Source: a virus
Reading direction: 5' to 3' (one strand)
Length of the DNA: 64,000 nt
Virus record (IMG/VR): IMGVR_UViG_3300002835_000007
Location: 25,748 to 89,747 of that record
The notes beneath the pieces were generated by a model. The model saw only the letters and a program-made list of their open reading frames with translations, was not told the DNA's origin and made no database searches. Of the stretch, positions 1 through 9,129 are shown piece after piece (position 1 is the stretch's first letter; each line of letters starts with the position of its first letter). A program made the translations under genes and the position numbers.

Positions 1-1312
1 TGCAATCACACAAGAAGAATTAGATGAAGCATATGAGTACTTAGGTACTAAACATGGTGTATTTGGTCGTGATGATGTGTTTGATAAATCTAAATTCCAA
101 TACATTATAGATGTTCATGGTGGTAAACTACCAGTACGTATTAAAGCAGTACAAGAAGGTACAGTTGTAGGTGTTAAAAACGTTCTTATGACTATTGAGA
201 ACACTGACCCTAATTGTTATTGGTTAACTAACTTTTTAGAAACAATCATGATGCAATTATGGTATCCAATTACGGTTGCAACATTGTCACGTGAAGTTAA
301 GAAAATTGTTATCGAATACTACCAAAAAACATCTGCGTTACCACAACACATTATGGATACAGTTATTGAGTTCGTATTAAACGATTTCGGTTTTAGAGGT
401 GTATCATCAGTACAATCAGCTGGTTACGGTGGTTCAGCACACTTAATTAATTTTATGGGTTCTGACACAACAGTTGCATCAAAACGTATCTGTGAATACT
501 ATAATACTGACACAATATTTGGTTTATCAGTTCCAGCAACTGAACACTCTATCATGACAATGAAAGGTGAAGAAGGTGAAGTTGAAATGATGAGAAGAAC
601 ACTTGAGAAATACCCTACTGGAATTGTAGCGTGTGTATCTGACTCTTACCACATCTTACGTGCATGTTCTGAGAAATGGGGAACTGAGTTACGTGATTTG
701 ATTTTATCAAGACCATCAGAACCTGGAAATCAACTGGTTATTCGTCCAGATAGTGGTCACGTTGTCAACACATTAAAAGAAGTGTTTGCTATATTGTTTG
801 ATAAATTTGGTTACACTGTGAATGATAAAGGGTTCAAATTGTTACCACCACAAGTTCGTGTAATTCAAGGTGATGGTGTAAACATCAATTCAATTCGTGA
901 GATTTACGAAGAATTATACAGATTAGGTATTTCTGCTGAGAACATCGTGTTTGGTATGGGTGGTAAATTGTTACAAGCTGATATTAATAGAGATACACAA
1001 AACTTTGCAACTAAAGCATGTTTCGCTGTCGTAAATGGTGAACAACGTGATTTGGTTAAATCACCAACAGAAGTTGATGAAAATGGTGAATTAAAACCAT
1101 CATTCAAGAAATCTAAACAAGGTCGTTTGAAGTTGGTTAAACACTATACAAATGGTCAATACTACACTGTAACATCATTGGAAGATGGATATGAATCTGC
1201 ACATGATGAATTGAGAACTATTTTTGAAGATGGTAAACTATTGGTTGAAACGAAGTTTGAAGATATTCGTAGTAGAGCTAAAATTTTTAAATTAAACGTA
1301 GAATTAGTATAA
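1..1312 (+). CDS. nadV: nicotinamide phosphoribosyltransferase (NAMPT/NadV), 5' end truncated by window edge
   Basis: The frame is open from nt 2 (AITQEELDEAYEYLGTKHGVFGRDDV...) into the listed 77..1312 ORF. NAMPT-like motifs are present: GFRGVSS...GGSAHLINFMGSDT, IRPDSGH and GMGGKLLQ. About 436 aa are visible of an expected 470-490 aa. Confidence 0.85.
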   Translation, partial: AITQEELDEAYEYLGTKHGVFGRDDVFDKSKFQYIIDVHGGKLPVRIKAVQEGTVVGVKNVLMTIENTDPNCYWLTNFLETIMMQLWYPITVATLSREVKKIVIEYYQKTSALPQHIMDTVIEFVLNDFGFRGVSSVQSAGYGGSAHLINFMGSDTTVASKRICEYYNTDTIFGLSVPATEHSIMTMKGEEGEVEMMRRTLEKYPTGIVACVSDSYHILRACSEKWGTELRDLILSRPSEPGNQLVIRPDSGHVVNTLKEVFAILFDKFGYTVNDKGFKLLPPQVRVIQGDGVNINSIREIYEELYRLGISAENIVFGMGGKLLQADINRDTQNFATKACFAVVNGEQRDLVKSPTEVDENGELKPSFKKSKQGRLKLVKHYTNGQYYTVTSLEDGYESAHDELRTIFEDGKLLVETKFEDIRSRAKIFKLNVELV

Positions 1313-1800
1313 TGACAACAGATAAATTTATATTCTTTTGGGGAGGGACATACAGTCAATGGTGTCCTTCCACATTTGAAATCGGAGGTGTAAAATATAA
1401 TTGCTGCGAGCAATATATGATGGCACAAAAAGCATTATTATTCAATGACATAGAAAGTCACAAGATGATTATGTATGCTACTAGTCCACGTGACCAAAAA
1501 GCATTTGGACGTAGAGTAAAAGGGTTTGACAAAGACAAATGGGAAGCTGTTTGTAGAGAAATCGTTTACGATGCAAACTATGCCAAGTTTACTCAAAACC
1601 CATCTATGATGGCTGAGTTACTGGCAACTGGTGATAGAGAAATTGTAGAAGCTAGTCCAGAGGATAAAATCTGGGGAATTGGATTGCATGAAAACGATGC
1701 TAGAGTTCACGACAAGTCAAAATGGCAAGGAACCAATTGGTTAGGTGAAGCTATCATGCAAGTAAGAGAAAAATTAAGAACTATTAAAATAGAAATGTAA
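1312..1800 (+). CDS. NADAR (YbiA-like, DUF1768) ADP-ribose-processing hydrolase
   Basis: 162 aa with NADAR pattern (FFWG...EQYMMAQKA...DKIWGIG...GTNWLGEAIMQVREKL). The start overlaps the NAMPT stop (TAATG). Confidence 0.8.
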   Translation: MTTDKFIFFWGGTYSQWCPSTFEIGGVKYNCCEQYMMAQKALLFNDIESHKMIMYATSPRDQKAFGRRVKGFDKDKWEAVCREIVYDANYAKFTQNPSMMAELLATGDREIVEASPEDKIWGIGLHENDARVHDKSKWQGTNWLGEAIMQVREKLRTIKIEM

Positions 1801-2258
1801 TGATTAGATACGTAGAAGGCGATTTAGTGAAAATGGCCAAAGAAGGAGAATTCGATGTAATAGCACACGGTTGTAACTGTTTCTGTGCTATGGGTGCTGG
1901 TATTGCACCACAAATTAAAAATGCTTTTCCAGAAGCATATGAGGCTGATTGTGCAACAGTGGCTGGTGATGAATCAAAAATGGGTACTATTACTCATACG
2001 GTTAATTCTACACCGATAGTTGTAAACATTTATTCTCAATATGACACCAAAGGTAGACGTAGTGGTAACATGGATTTAGACTATGATGCTTTACGTTCTG
2101 GTTTAAAAGAGATGAAAGCTAAATTTTCTGGTAAAACAATTGGGTTACCGATGATTGGTGCTGGATTGGCTGGTGGTGATTGGGATATCATTGAGAAAAT
2201 AATTGAAGAAGAAATGATTGGTGAGTATGTAACAATCGTTCAATACGTTCCATGGTAA
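1800..2258 (+). CDS. macro domain protein (ADP-ribose / O-acetyl-ADP-ribose hydrolase family)
   Basis: 152 aa; glycine-rich macro signatures (HGCNCFCAMGAGIAPQI; GLPMIGAGLAGGDWDII). Translationally coupled to the upstream gene (TAATG). Confidence 0.75.
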   Translation: MIRYVEGDLVKMAKEGEFDVIAHGCNCFCAMGAGIAPQIKNAFPEAYEADCATVAGDESKMGTITHTVNSTPIVVNIYSQYDTKGRRSGNMDLDYDALRSGLKEMKAKFSGKTIGLPMIGAGLAGGDWDIIEKIIEEEMIGEYVTIVQYVPW

Positions 2259-2278
2259 TAATCTTTGTTAATAATCCA

Positions 2279-2551
2279 ATGCAAGATGCAAACACTCTTG
2301 AACCGCAATTAATTGATGGTAGAGTAGTTTATTGGACTGTGGTTAGTGAGTGTATGAAATCAAATGAAACATTCAAAGAATGGTTGGTTAGAAAGGAAGA
2401 AAGAATCAATACACATCCTAATTATAGTTCCATTGAAGGTCTTTTAATCTATGACATGCAACCAATTGTGTCTACCCCTTACGAAGGGGTGACACATGGT
2501 GGTATGATTATTAGGTATGCTTTTTTAAAGAAAAAAGAAGAAAACATTTGA
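2279..2551 (+). CDS. hypothetical protein, tandem paralogue of 2582..2839
   Basis: The track ORF 2252..2551 starts inside the macro gene. I chose the ATG at 2279 so the length matches its paralogue. Shared motifs: EGxxIYDxxxxxxxPY...HxGxIxxYxxLxK. Confidence 0.45.
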   Translation: MQDANTLEPQLIDGRVVYWTVVSECMKSNETFKEWLVRKEERINTHPNYSSIEGLLIYDMQPIVSTPYEGVTHGGMIIRYAFLKKKEENI

Positions 2552-2577
2552 TTTTTAATTTATTTTTAGTACATTTG
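2547..2577 (+). promoter_or_regulatory. Bacteroidota-type promoter (-33 TTTG / 19 nt / -7 TACATTTG); -7 box ends 4 nt before ATG 2582 (leaderless candidate)
   Basis: TTTG at 2547-2550 and TACATTTG at 2570-2577. Confidence 0.55.
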
Positions 2578-2581
2578 TAAC

Positions 2582-2839
2582 ATGAAAATAGTTTTTGAAA
2601 ATTTAGAAGAAGCGTTAAAAATACCATCTTCAGCATACACAATTAGAACTGAAACTCTTAAAGTTGAAGAGACTTTATTAGAGTGGATGAATAGAAAGAA
2701 TGAAATGTTATTAAATGACCCTAGATACGCTAACGTTGAAGGTGTTATTTTATATGACGTTGAGTCGTATTTTGATTCACCATACAAAGATAAGGTACAT
2801 AGTGGGTTAATCCTAAAATATAAGTATTTAAGAAAATGA
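2582..2839 (+). CDS. hypothetical protein, tandem paralogue of 2279..2551
   Basis: 85 aa; similar to the preceding ORF (VEGVILYDVESYFDSPYKDKVHSGLILKYKYLRK vs IEGLLIYDMQPIVSTPYEGVTHGGMIIRYAFLKK). The -7 box sits 4 nt upstream of the ATG. Confidence 0.5.
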   Translation: MKIVFENLEEALKIPSSAYTIRTETLKVEETLLEWMNRKNEMLLNDPRYANVEGVILYDVESYFDSPYKDKVHSGLILKYKYLRK

Positions 2840-3309
2840 AAGTAATATTTTTAGATATTGATGGAGTATTAGCAACAACATCTTGTTATGGTAAAGGAAA
2901 AAACAACAAGTGGGGTGCTTATATGTTTGACCAAAAAGCTGTTGTTTATCTCAATTTTATACTTAGTGAGACTGGTGCTGAAATCATTTTATCATCTGAT
3001 TGGCGAAATCAATATACTTTGCATGAAATGCGTGAAATTTTTTGTCATAACGGAGTGTTGAAAGGTCCGATAGGGTTTACACCATCGTTAAAAACATATA
3101 AGGGTGATAATCTTGAAGGTGGTCGTGCTGATGAAATAAATGCATGGTTAGAAATTAACGCATGGAAGAATGATATCAAATGGGTTGCCATTGATGATTT
3201 GAATATGGATGAATGGTTGTACCCTAACTTTGTTCATTGTCCTAATGAACATGAAGGAATCAAAAAACAAAACATAAAAGATAAAATAATACAAATATTA
3301 AATGGATAA
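2836..3309 (+). CDS. HAD-like hydrolase family protein
   Basis: 157 aa; N-terminal HAD motif I (VIFLDIDGVLATT). Start overlaps the upstream stop (ATGA). Confidence 0.5.
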   Translation: MKVIFLDIDGVLATTSCYGKGKNNKWGAYMFDQKAVVYLNFILSETGAEIILSSDWRNQYTLHEMREIFCHNGVLKGPIGFTPSLKTYKGDNLEGGRADEINAWLEINAWKNDIKWVAIDDLNMDEWLYPNFVHCPNEHEGIKKQNIKDKIIQILNG

Positions 3310-3736
3310 TTGGGATAAGAAGTTCATCAAGTTGTGTCAACACATTGCTGAATGGAGCAAGGATAAAAATAAAAAAGTTGGTGCTGTAATAGTTGATAAT
3401 GACAATGTAGTTATATCAATGGGTTATAATGGAATACCAAGAGGTTGTGATGATACTGAAGAGTGTCGTTATGAAAGACCAACAAAATATTTGTTCACAG
3501 AGCATGCTGAACGAAATGCAATATACCATGCAGCAAGACATGGTGTATCATTGAAAGATTGTAAAATGTATGTAACTTTGTTCCCATGTGCTGATTGTGC
3601 AAGAGCAATGATTCAATCTGGAATAACAAAAATAATAGCACCAGAACCAAATTTAGACCACGAAGTATGGGGTGTACACTTCAAGGCTGCGATTCAAATG
3701 ATGGAGGAAGCTAATATCGAAATAATTTTAATTTAA
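3302..3736 (+). CDS. dCMP deaminase (cytidine/deoxycytidylate deaminase family)
   Basis: 144 aa; zinc-binding deaminase motifs HAERNAI...PCADCARAMIQSGI. Confidence 0.85.
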   Translation: MDNWDKKFIKLCQHIAEWSKDKNKKVGAVIVDNDNVVISMGYNGIPRGCDDTEECRYERPTKYLFTEHAERNAIYHAARHGVSLKDCKMYVTLFPCADCARAMIQSGITKIIAPEPNLDHEVWGVHFKAAIQMMEEANIEIILI

Positions 3737-3912
3737 TGGAAACAGTTAAAGTAGGCTTGGCCAATGTTGGTGAAAAATTAATGCCAGTTGATATTGTCAT
3801 CAAATGGATGCCAACTGATATTGTATATGCTGGTGATACAGTGTTTTTTAAAAATGAAAAGTCCTATTATTCAATGAATTATATGGACTTTATGAGAATA
3901 TTTAATTTATAA
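3736..3912 (+). CDS. small hypothetical protein (58 aa, below track threshold)
   Basis: ATG overlaps the dCMP deaminase stop (TAATG). The ORF (METVKVGLANVGEKLMPVDIVIKW...) fills an otherwise empty 180-nt gap. Confidence 0.3.
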   Translation: METVKVGLANVGEKLMPVDIVIKWMPTDIVYAGDTVFFKNEKSYYSMNYMDFMRIFNL

Positions 3913-3915
3913 AAT

Positions 3916-4359
3916 ATGAGTATAGTAAGGTCAATAAAAATTAATCATTATGAACACATGGTTAATAGAAATTGGGATAAAACATATTGGGCGTTTGACA
4001 TCCATGGTACAATCCTAAAACCAAATTACGAGTATGGAAACATACCTAAAGAGTTTTACCCATTTGCTAAAGAAACACTTCAGTTTATTAGCAAGATGGA
4101 AGATGTTGTAATGATTCTTTACACATGTTCACATCCACATGAGATTGAACAATATATTGAGTATTTCAAAGAGAATGATATTCATTTTGATTACATAAAT
4201 GAAAACCCAGAGATAGCTACAAACCTAGAAGGTTATGGTAACTACGATAAAAAACCTTACATGAATGTATTATTTGAAGACAAAGCTGGATTCGATGGTG
4301 ACAGTGATTGGGATAGTGTTTTATGGTTATTAACTAGTAAAAATGGCGAGAATATCTGA
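3916..4359 (+). CDS. hypothetical protein
   Basis: 147 aa ORF; ATG start; co-directional and tightly packed. Confidence 0.5.
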   Translation: MSIVRSIKINHYEHMVNRNWDKTYWAFDIHGTILKPNYEYGNIPKEFYPFAKETLQFISKMEDVVMILYTCSHPHEIEQYIEYFKENDIHFDYINENPEIATNLEGYGNYDKKPYMNVLFEDKAGFDGDSDWDSVLWLLTSKNGENI

Positions 4360-4711
4360 CATACAAAGATACAATAAAGGTAGAAAAGATTTAACTAGGG
4401 ATAATGCCGATTTTGAAACATTAAGGTTTAAAAATGAAAATGGTGATGTTATGGTTATTAAACCACAAGAGGTTAGAGAAGTTTTACATGATTTTATTGA
4501 TAGTGAGATAGGTTTTTTGGGTGATGCAATGAAAACTCAAATAAAAGAAAGATTAGAGTTCAAAATTAAACAAGTTGAAAGAACTTTAATTGAACATTTA
4601 GATGATAAAATAAATAAAATTGCAGAATCAATATTAGAAAAAACTATTGATAGAATAGCAGAAGAAGAAATAAATAGAAGGGTTTTAGAAAAAATTAAAA
4701 AATGTTTATGA
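4343..4711 (+). CDS. hypothetical protein
   Basis: 122 aa ORF; charged helical C-terminus. Confidence 0.45.
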   Translation: MARISDIQRYNKGRKDLTRDNADFETLRFKNENGDVMVIKPQEVREVLHDFIDSEIGFLGDAMKTQIKERLEFKIKQVERTLIEHLDDKINKIAESILEKTIDRIAEEEINRRVLEKIKKCL

Positions 4712-5019
4712 AAAGAAGAAGAAGAATTGGTTTAATTATTTTTGCAATTGTAATTGCAATATTTTTGTTAAGTAGTTGTGCCGACACATCACATGTTAAA
4801 CAATGTTTACCACCAACAGAACACACTTATGGTTTCTGGGGTGGTACATGGCATGGTATGATAACAGTTCCATCATTTATTGGTAGTCTTATTTGGGACG
4901 ATGTTGCTGTATACGCAGTAAATAATAATGGTGGATGGTATGATTTTGGATTTGTAGGTGGATTATTTTTCATGCTAAAATTAGTTGGGATTGGTAATAA
5001 AAAAGTTAAAGAAAAATGA
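4702..5019 (+). CDS. hypothetical membrane protein
   Basis: 105 aa; basic N-terminus followed by hydrophobic segments (IGLIIFAIVIAIFLL; GGLFFMLKLVGI). Confidence 0.45.
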   Translation: MFMKRRRRIGLIIFAIVIAIFLLSSCADTSHVKQCLPPTEHTYGFWGGTWHGMITVPSFIGSLIWDDVAVYAVNNNGGWYDFGFVGGLFFMLKLVGIGNKKVKEK

Positions 5020-5780
5020 AAAAGAAAGTAGTAGTATTTAGTGGTGCTGGATTAGATAGAGAATCTGGTATCTTAACGTTTCGTGACTCTAAAGATGGGT
5101 TATGGAACAATTATAAAGTTGATGAAGTTGCGACAAAAGAAGGATGGTCTAAAAACCGTGAAAAAGTTTTGGCGTTTTACAACGAAAGACGTAGAGAATT
5201 ACCTAGTGTTGAACCAAACGATGCTCACAGAGCATTGGTGCGTTTAGAAGAAGGATATAGTGTATTAAACGTGACGCAAAACGTAACTGATTTGTTAGAA
5301 CGTGCTGGTGCAAGTGATATTATTCATTTACATGGTGAGTTAACCAAAGCAAGAGGTTGCTTCCATAAATCAGAAGGTTTTGACACTAATTACATTGTTA
5401 AAGAAATTGGTTATAACGACATTAACATCGGTGATAAATGTGAACATACTGATTCACAATTAAGACCACATGTTTGTTGGTTTGGTGAATGGCCTTATGA
5501 CACAGATAGAGCTTATGATGAAGTTCCATTTGCAGACATTCTTATCATTGTTGGTACAAGTTTAGAGATAACTTATACGTTATCAATGTTAGGTCAATTA
5601 AGACATAAAGTTTTAAGTGGTGAATGTGAAGTTTATTATGTTGACCCAAATCCATCAACTCACATGGAAGCTTATGGGATTAAACCTAATTACATTAGAA
5701 AAGTTGCTAGTGAAGGGTTAAATGAATTAGTTGACGAATTATTAAAAAGAGAAGAAAATCAAAAAAATATTGCTAATTAA
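5016..5780 (+). CDS. Sir2-family NAD-dependent protein deacylase / ADP-ribosyltransferase (sirtuin)
   Basis: 254 aa; sirtuin Rossmann signature VVFSGAGLDRESGILTFR...GLW, catalytic-region HLHGEL, and Cys pairs for a Zn ribbon. Confidence 0.8.
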   Translation: MKKKVVVFSGAGLDRESGILTFRDSKDGLWNNYKVDEVATKEGWSKNREKVLAFYNERRRELPSVEPNDAHRALVRLEEGYSVLNVTQNVTDLLERAGASDIIHLHGELTKARGCFHKSEGFDTNYIVKEIGYNDINIGDKCEHTDSQLRPHVCWFGEWPYDTDRAYDEVPFADILIIVGTSLEITYTLSMLGQLRHKVLSGECEVYYVDPNPSTHMEAYGIKPNYIRKVASEGLNELVDELLKREENQKNIAN

Positions 5781-5822
5781 TAATTTATTTAGTATATTTG
5801 AATTAATAAAATAAAAATAGAT

Positions 5823-6194
5823 ATGGAATATTACACGTTTGAAGGAGTTATCAAAGAGATTTTTGATACTCAAGAATTTAAAAACAATTTCAAGAAAAGA
5901 GAAGTTGTATTAGAAACAGAAGAGGATTATCCTCAATTAATAAAATTTGAGTTTACCGATGAAAATGGTATTAACAAATTAGATGACCATGCTGCTGGTG
6001 AAAAAGTTAAGATTGCTTTCTTACTAAAAGGTAGTGAATGGCAAGGTAAATATTTTACTAATTTAAGAGGTGTTGCAATTGCTTCATCAGAAGAACCAAC
6101 TTCTACTGATAAACCTAAAAAAGACACTAAGAAAGATGTTTTGTCTTCAATGACAAAAGTTAACAATAACGAAGAAGATGAATTACCATTCTAA
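5823..6194 (+). CDS. hypothetical protein (resembles Bacteroidota DUF3127-type small proteins)
   Basis: 123 aa; FDTQEF...KKREVVLET...WQGKYFTNL pattern. The family assignment is from memory only. Confidence 0.45.
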   Translation: MEYYTFEGVIKEIFDTQEFKNNFKKREVVLETEEDYPQLIKFEFTDENGINKLDDHAAGEKVKIAFLLKGSEWQGKYFTNLRGVAIASSEEPTSTDKPKKDTKKDVLSSMTKVNNNEEDELPF

Positions 6195-6196
6195 TC

Positions 6197-6550
6197 ATGA
6201 GTGTAGTTAAATTTGAATTGAAAGAAGAACACGTAAAGTTGTTAAAATATTTACGTTGGAGTAAATCAAAAGAACTTATTGTTAATATTTCTGATGATGA
6301 AGATTCTGTTCCATTTGGTTTTGATACTATCTATGAAGCAATAGATACAATATTAAACGGTAAACCAGAAGGGTTTGACCCATTTGAAGCAGATGATGTT
6401 ATTGAATATAGTGATGAACAAAAAGCTGAATGGGATAAATTATATGATGAGTTGCCAACAGCATTAGATGTCATATTACATAATCAATCATTTGATTTGG
6501 GGCGTTATAAGACCAAGTATCATGACAGAAACTGGAAAAAGATGAATTAA
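6197..6550 (+). CDS. hypothetical acidic protein
   Basis: 117 aa ORF. Confidence 0.45.
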   Translation: MSVVKFELKEEHVKLLKYLRWSKSKELIVNISDDEDSVPFGFDTIYEAIDTILNGKPEGFDPFEADDVIEYSDEQKAEWDKLYDELPTALDVILHNQSFDLGRYKTKYHDRNWKKMN

Positions 6551-6562
6551 TTTTCATCTTTT

Positions 6563-6594
6563 TTTGTTTATATGAAATATTATTCATACATTTG
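6563..6594 (+). promoter_or_regulatory. Bacteroidota-type promoter (TTTG / 20 nt / TACATTTG)
   Basis: TTTG 6563-6566; TACATTTG 6587-6594; ATG at 6618. Confidence 0.55.
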
Positions 6595-6617
6595 TAGAAA
6601 CTAAAAAATAAATAAAT

Positions 6618-6809
6618 ATGAAAAATGTAAAAAGTTACTGTATCATAAAGAAAGTGGTACAATCAAATGGGAAAACATTAAACGTGCTAATGTTAGATAT
6701 TAACACTGAAGTATTGGAATTCGATAATTTACAAGATGCTGAAAAATTTGCTGCATTGATGACACAAAACTCTGACTCTGGTTGGGAATACATCGTAAAA
6801 GAAATATAA
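6618..6809 (+). CDS. hypothetical protein
   Basis: 63 aa ORF with its own promoter (6563-6594). Confidence 0.4.
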   Translation: MKNVKSYCIIKKVVQSNGKTLNVLMLDINTEVLEFDNLQDAEKFAALMTQNSDSGWEYIVKEI

Positions 6810-6810
6810 T

Positions 6811-7857
6811 ATGAATCAATCGTTATTATTTACCTTAGATGGTAAAACAGAATTGGCTGAAGCCATTATTGACTCTGCTAATTTATTTAGCACGGAACAT
6901 GAAATTAGTTTAGGTTATTTAAACAAACAAAAATTCTCCGATGGTGAGTTATGTGTTGATTTCACTGACTCAGTTAGAGGTAAATCAGTGTTTTTGTTAT
7001 CTAGTCCAAACACATCAGATGCAATCATCAACTTAGCATTGGCTATTGATGCTGCAAAACGTGGTGGTGCTAAAGAGATTATACCTATCTTACCATATTT
7101 CCCATATGCTAGACAAGATAAGAAAGACCAAAGCAGAGGACCAATTGGTGCTAAGGTTATGGCTGAAATTATTGAACAACGTGGTGCAACATCAGTAATC
7201 ACTTTTGATTTACACGCTGACCAGATACAAGGGTTCTTTAATATACCAGTTACACACATTGAAGGTAAGCATGTTTTCGACAGTTACATCAACGATACTA
7301 TCAAAAACTTTACTGGTGGTGAAGTTGTATTGTGTGGACCAGATGCTGGTTCTGGTAAACGTGTTAAACGTATGCGTGACCAAATCAATAAAAGATATGG
7401 TGTTAACCTAAACATTGTCATGATTGACAAAACTAGGAAAAAAGCCAACGTGATTGATGAAATGATTATTATTGGTGATGTTAAAGGTAAACATGTTATC
7501 ATATTGGATGATATGGTTGATACTGCTGGTACGTTATGTAAAGCTGCTGAAGTATTGAAAGATGCTGGTGCGTTGACTGTAAGGGCGATAATTGCACATG
7601 GTGTGTTATCTGGGCCAGCAGTTGAACGAATTGGTGAAAGTAAATTAGCTGAATTAGTAATAAGTGATTCATTACCAATGAAAGATGCTAAAGAATTATG
7701 TCATAAAGAATTTAATGAAACAAAATGTCATCATATTATAAAAGGGTGCGAGAAAACAACTGTTATTAGTGTAGCACAACAAATTGGGATGGGAGTTTCT
7801 GCATCAATCAATAAACTAAGCTACGAAGCATTAAAATCAATTAAAGCAGTATATTAA
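6811..7857 (+). CDS. prs: ribose-phosphate pyrophosphokinase (PRPP synthetase)
   Basis: 348 aa; Prs signatures DLHADQIQGFFNIPVTHI and the PRPP-binding loop IILDDMVDTAGTLCKAAEVLKDAGA. Confidence 0.9.
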   Translation: MNQSLLFTLDGKTELAEAIIDSANLFSTEHEISLGYLNKQKFSDGELCVDFTDSVRGKSVFLLSSPNTSDAIINLALAIDAAKRGGAKEIIPILPYFPYARQDKKDQSRGPIGAKVMAEIIEQRGATSVITFDLHADQIQGFFNIPVTHIEGKHVFDSYINDTIKNFTGGEVVLCGPDAGSGKRVKRMRDQINKRYGVNLNIVMIDKTRKKANVIDEMIIIGDVKGKHVIILDDMVDTAGTLCKAAEVLKDAGALTVRAIIAHGVLSGPAVERIGESKLAELVISDSLPMKDAKELCHKEFNETKCHHIIKGCEKTTVISVAQQIGMGVSASINKLSYEALKSIKAVY

Positions 7858-7988
7858 TGAGTAAAAATAATTTTGACAACACAACGCTATTACAAATAGC
7901 ATTGGTTGGTGGTATTGTAACCCTAGCAGCATTGGGTGTGAATGGTTGGGGTTGGTTAGTTTTCGCACTAGTATTAACATTATAAAAA
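7857..7988 (+). CDS. small hydrophobic protein (43 aa, unannotated in track)
   Basis: ATG overlaps the prs stop (TAATG). MSKNNFDNTTLLQIALVGGIVTLAALGVNGWGWLVFALVLTL has two predicted TM segments. Confidence 0.3.
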
Positions 7989-7996
7989 ATAAAAAT

Positions 7997-8884
7997 ATGT
8001 CACATTTCGCAGTATTAGTTATCGGTGATAACGTTGAAGAACAATTGGCTAAATACGATGAAAGCATTGAAATGCCAAGGTATGTTAAACATACAAAAGA
8101 AGAATTGATTGTTGAAGAAAAACAATCAATTGAAGAGTATAAGAATGGTACTTATGCTCAATATTTAGCAGACCCAGTTAAGTATGCTGAGAATGTTAAT
8201 AATGAAAATCATTTGAAGTATGTATCAGAAGAGTTTCCTAAGAAATTGGAAATGAATGATGAGGAAATTTACCAACAAGCTATCAAATACTATGAAGAAG
8301 AATATTTAGGTCCAGATGGTGAAGTATATTCAACATATAACCCAGATTCTAAATGGGATTGGTATGAAGTAGGTGGTCGTTATGCTGGTCGTATTGCAGT
8401 GAAAGATGGTGTTGAAATTGATGAACCTAATTTCTCATGGGGTTGGCAAGAAGAAGATAAAGAAAAAGTAATTGCTGAAGGTTATAAAACTGATTCAGCA
8501 TACGTTGGAGATATTGATTTCTCTAAAATGCACAGAACTGAAGAAGATTACAATGAAGCTTTGCGTTATTGGGAACTAATTGTTGAAGGTGCTAAACCTA
8601 AAAACGAAGATGAAACAAACCAAGTTAAATGGAATTGGTATAAACCAGAGTATTACACTGAAAGATACAAAGATAAAGAAACGTATGCTAAATGTAATTC
8701 TTCATTCTCTATGTGGGCTGTTGTGAAAGATGGTGTGTGGTATGAGAAAGGTCAAATGGGTTGGTGGGCTATGTCCAATGAAACGCATGATGAAGCTTTG
8801 GATTGGGAAATGAATTTCTATGATAGATTCATCAAAGATTTACCAGAAGATACATTAATCACAGTTGTTGATTGTCACATTTAA
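7997..8884 (+). CDS. hypothetical protein
   Basis: The track ORF starts at a TTG (7946); the first ATG is at 7997 (MSHFAVLVIGDN...). About 295 aa; acidic and Trp-rich. Confidence 0.5.
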   Translation: MSHFAVLVIGDNVEEQLAKYDESIEMPRYVKHTKEELIVEEKQSIEEYKNGTYAQYLADPVKYAENVNNENHLKYVSEEFPKKLEMNDEEIYQQAIKYYEEEYLGPDGEVYSTYNPDSKWDWYEVGGRYAGRIAVKDGVEIDEPNFSWGWQEEDKEKVIAEGYKTDSAYVGDIDFSKMHRTEEDYNEALRYWELIVEGAKPKNEDETNQVKWNWYKPEYYTERYKDKETYAKCNSSFSMWAVVKDGVWYEKGQMGWWAMSNETHDEALDWEMNFYDRFIKDLPEDTLITVVDCHI

Positions 8885-8896
8885 AAAAAAAACATT

Positions 8897-9127
8897 ATGA
8901 GTGAAGAAAAAGAATATAAAGACGAAACATTCGTTTTGAGTGCTGCACAACACAAAAAGTACGATGAATGGAGGAAAGAAAAGAATGAAAAGGATGGGGA
9001 AGTATATGTAGGTGCCATTGGTGGTGCCTACTCCTTTTGTTTCACACCAACTGGATTGGGTGATATGGTAGTTGTTAAGTGTGCTGATGGTACACAATTA
9101 GATTTAACAGAATACGAATATTGGTGA
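8897..9127 (+). CDS. hypothetical protein
   Basis: 76 aa ORF. Confidence 0.4.
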   Translation: MSEEKEYKDETFVLSAAQHKKYDEWRKEKNEKDGEVYVGAIGGAYSFCFTPTGLGDMVVVKCADGTQLDLTEYEYW

Positions 9128-9129
9128 TT

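Noticed and set aside
2252-2278. Upstream ATG at 2252 for the first tandem paralogue
   Set aside because: It would overlap the macro-domain gene terminus. Starting at 2279 gives a length matching the paralogue. The choice remains uncertain.
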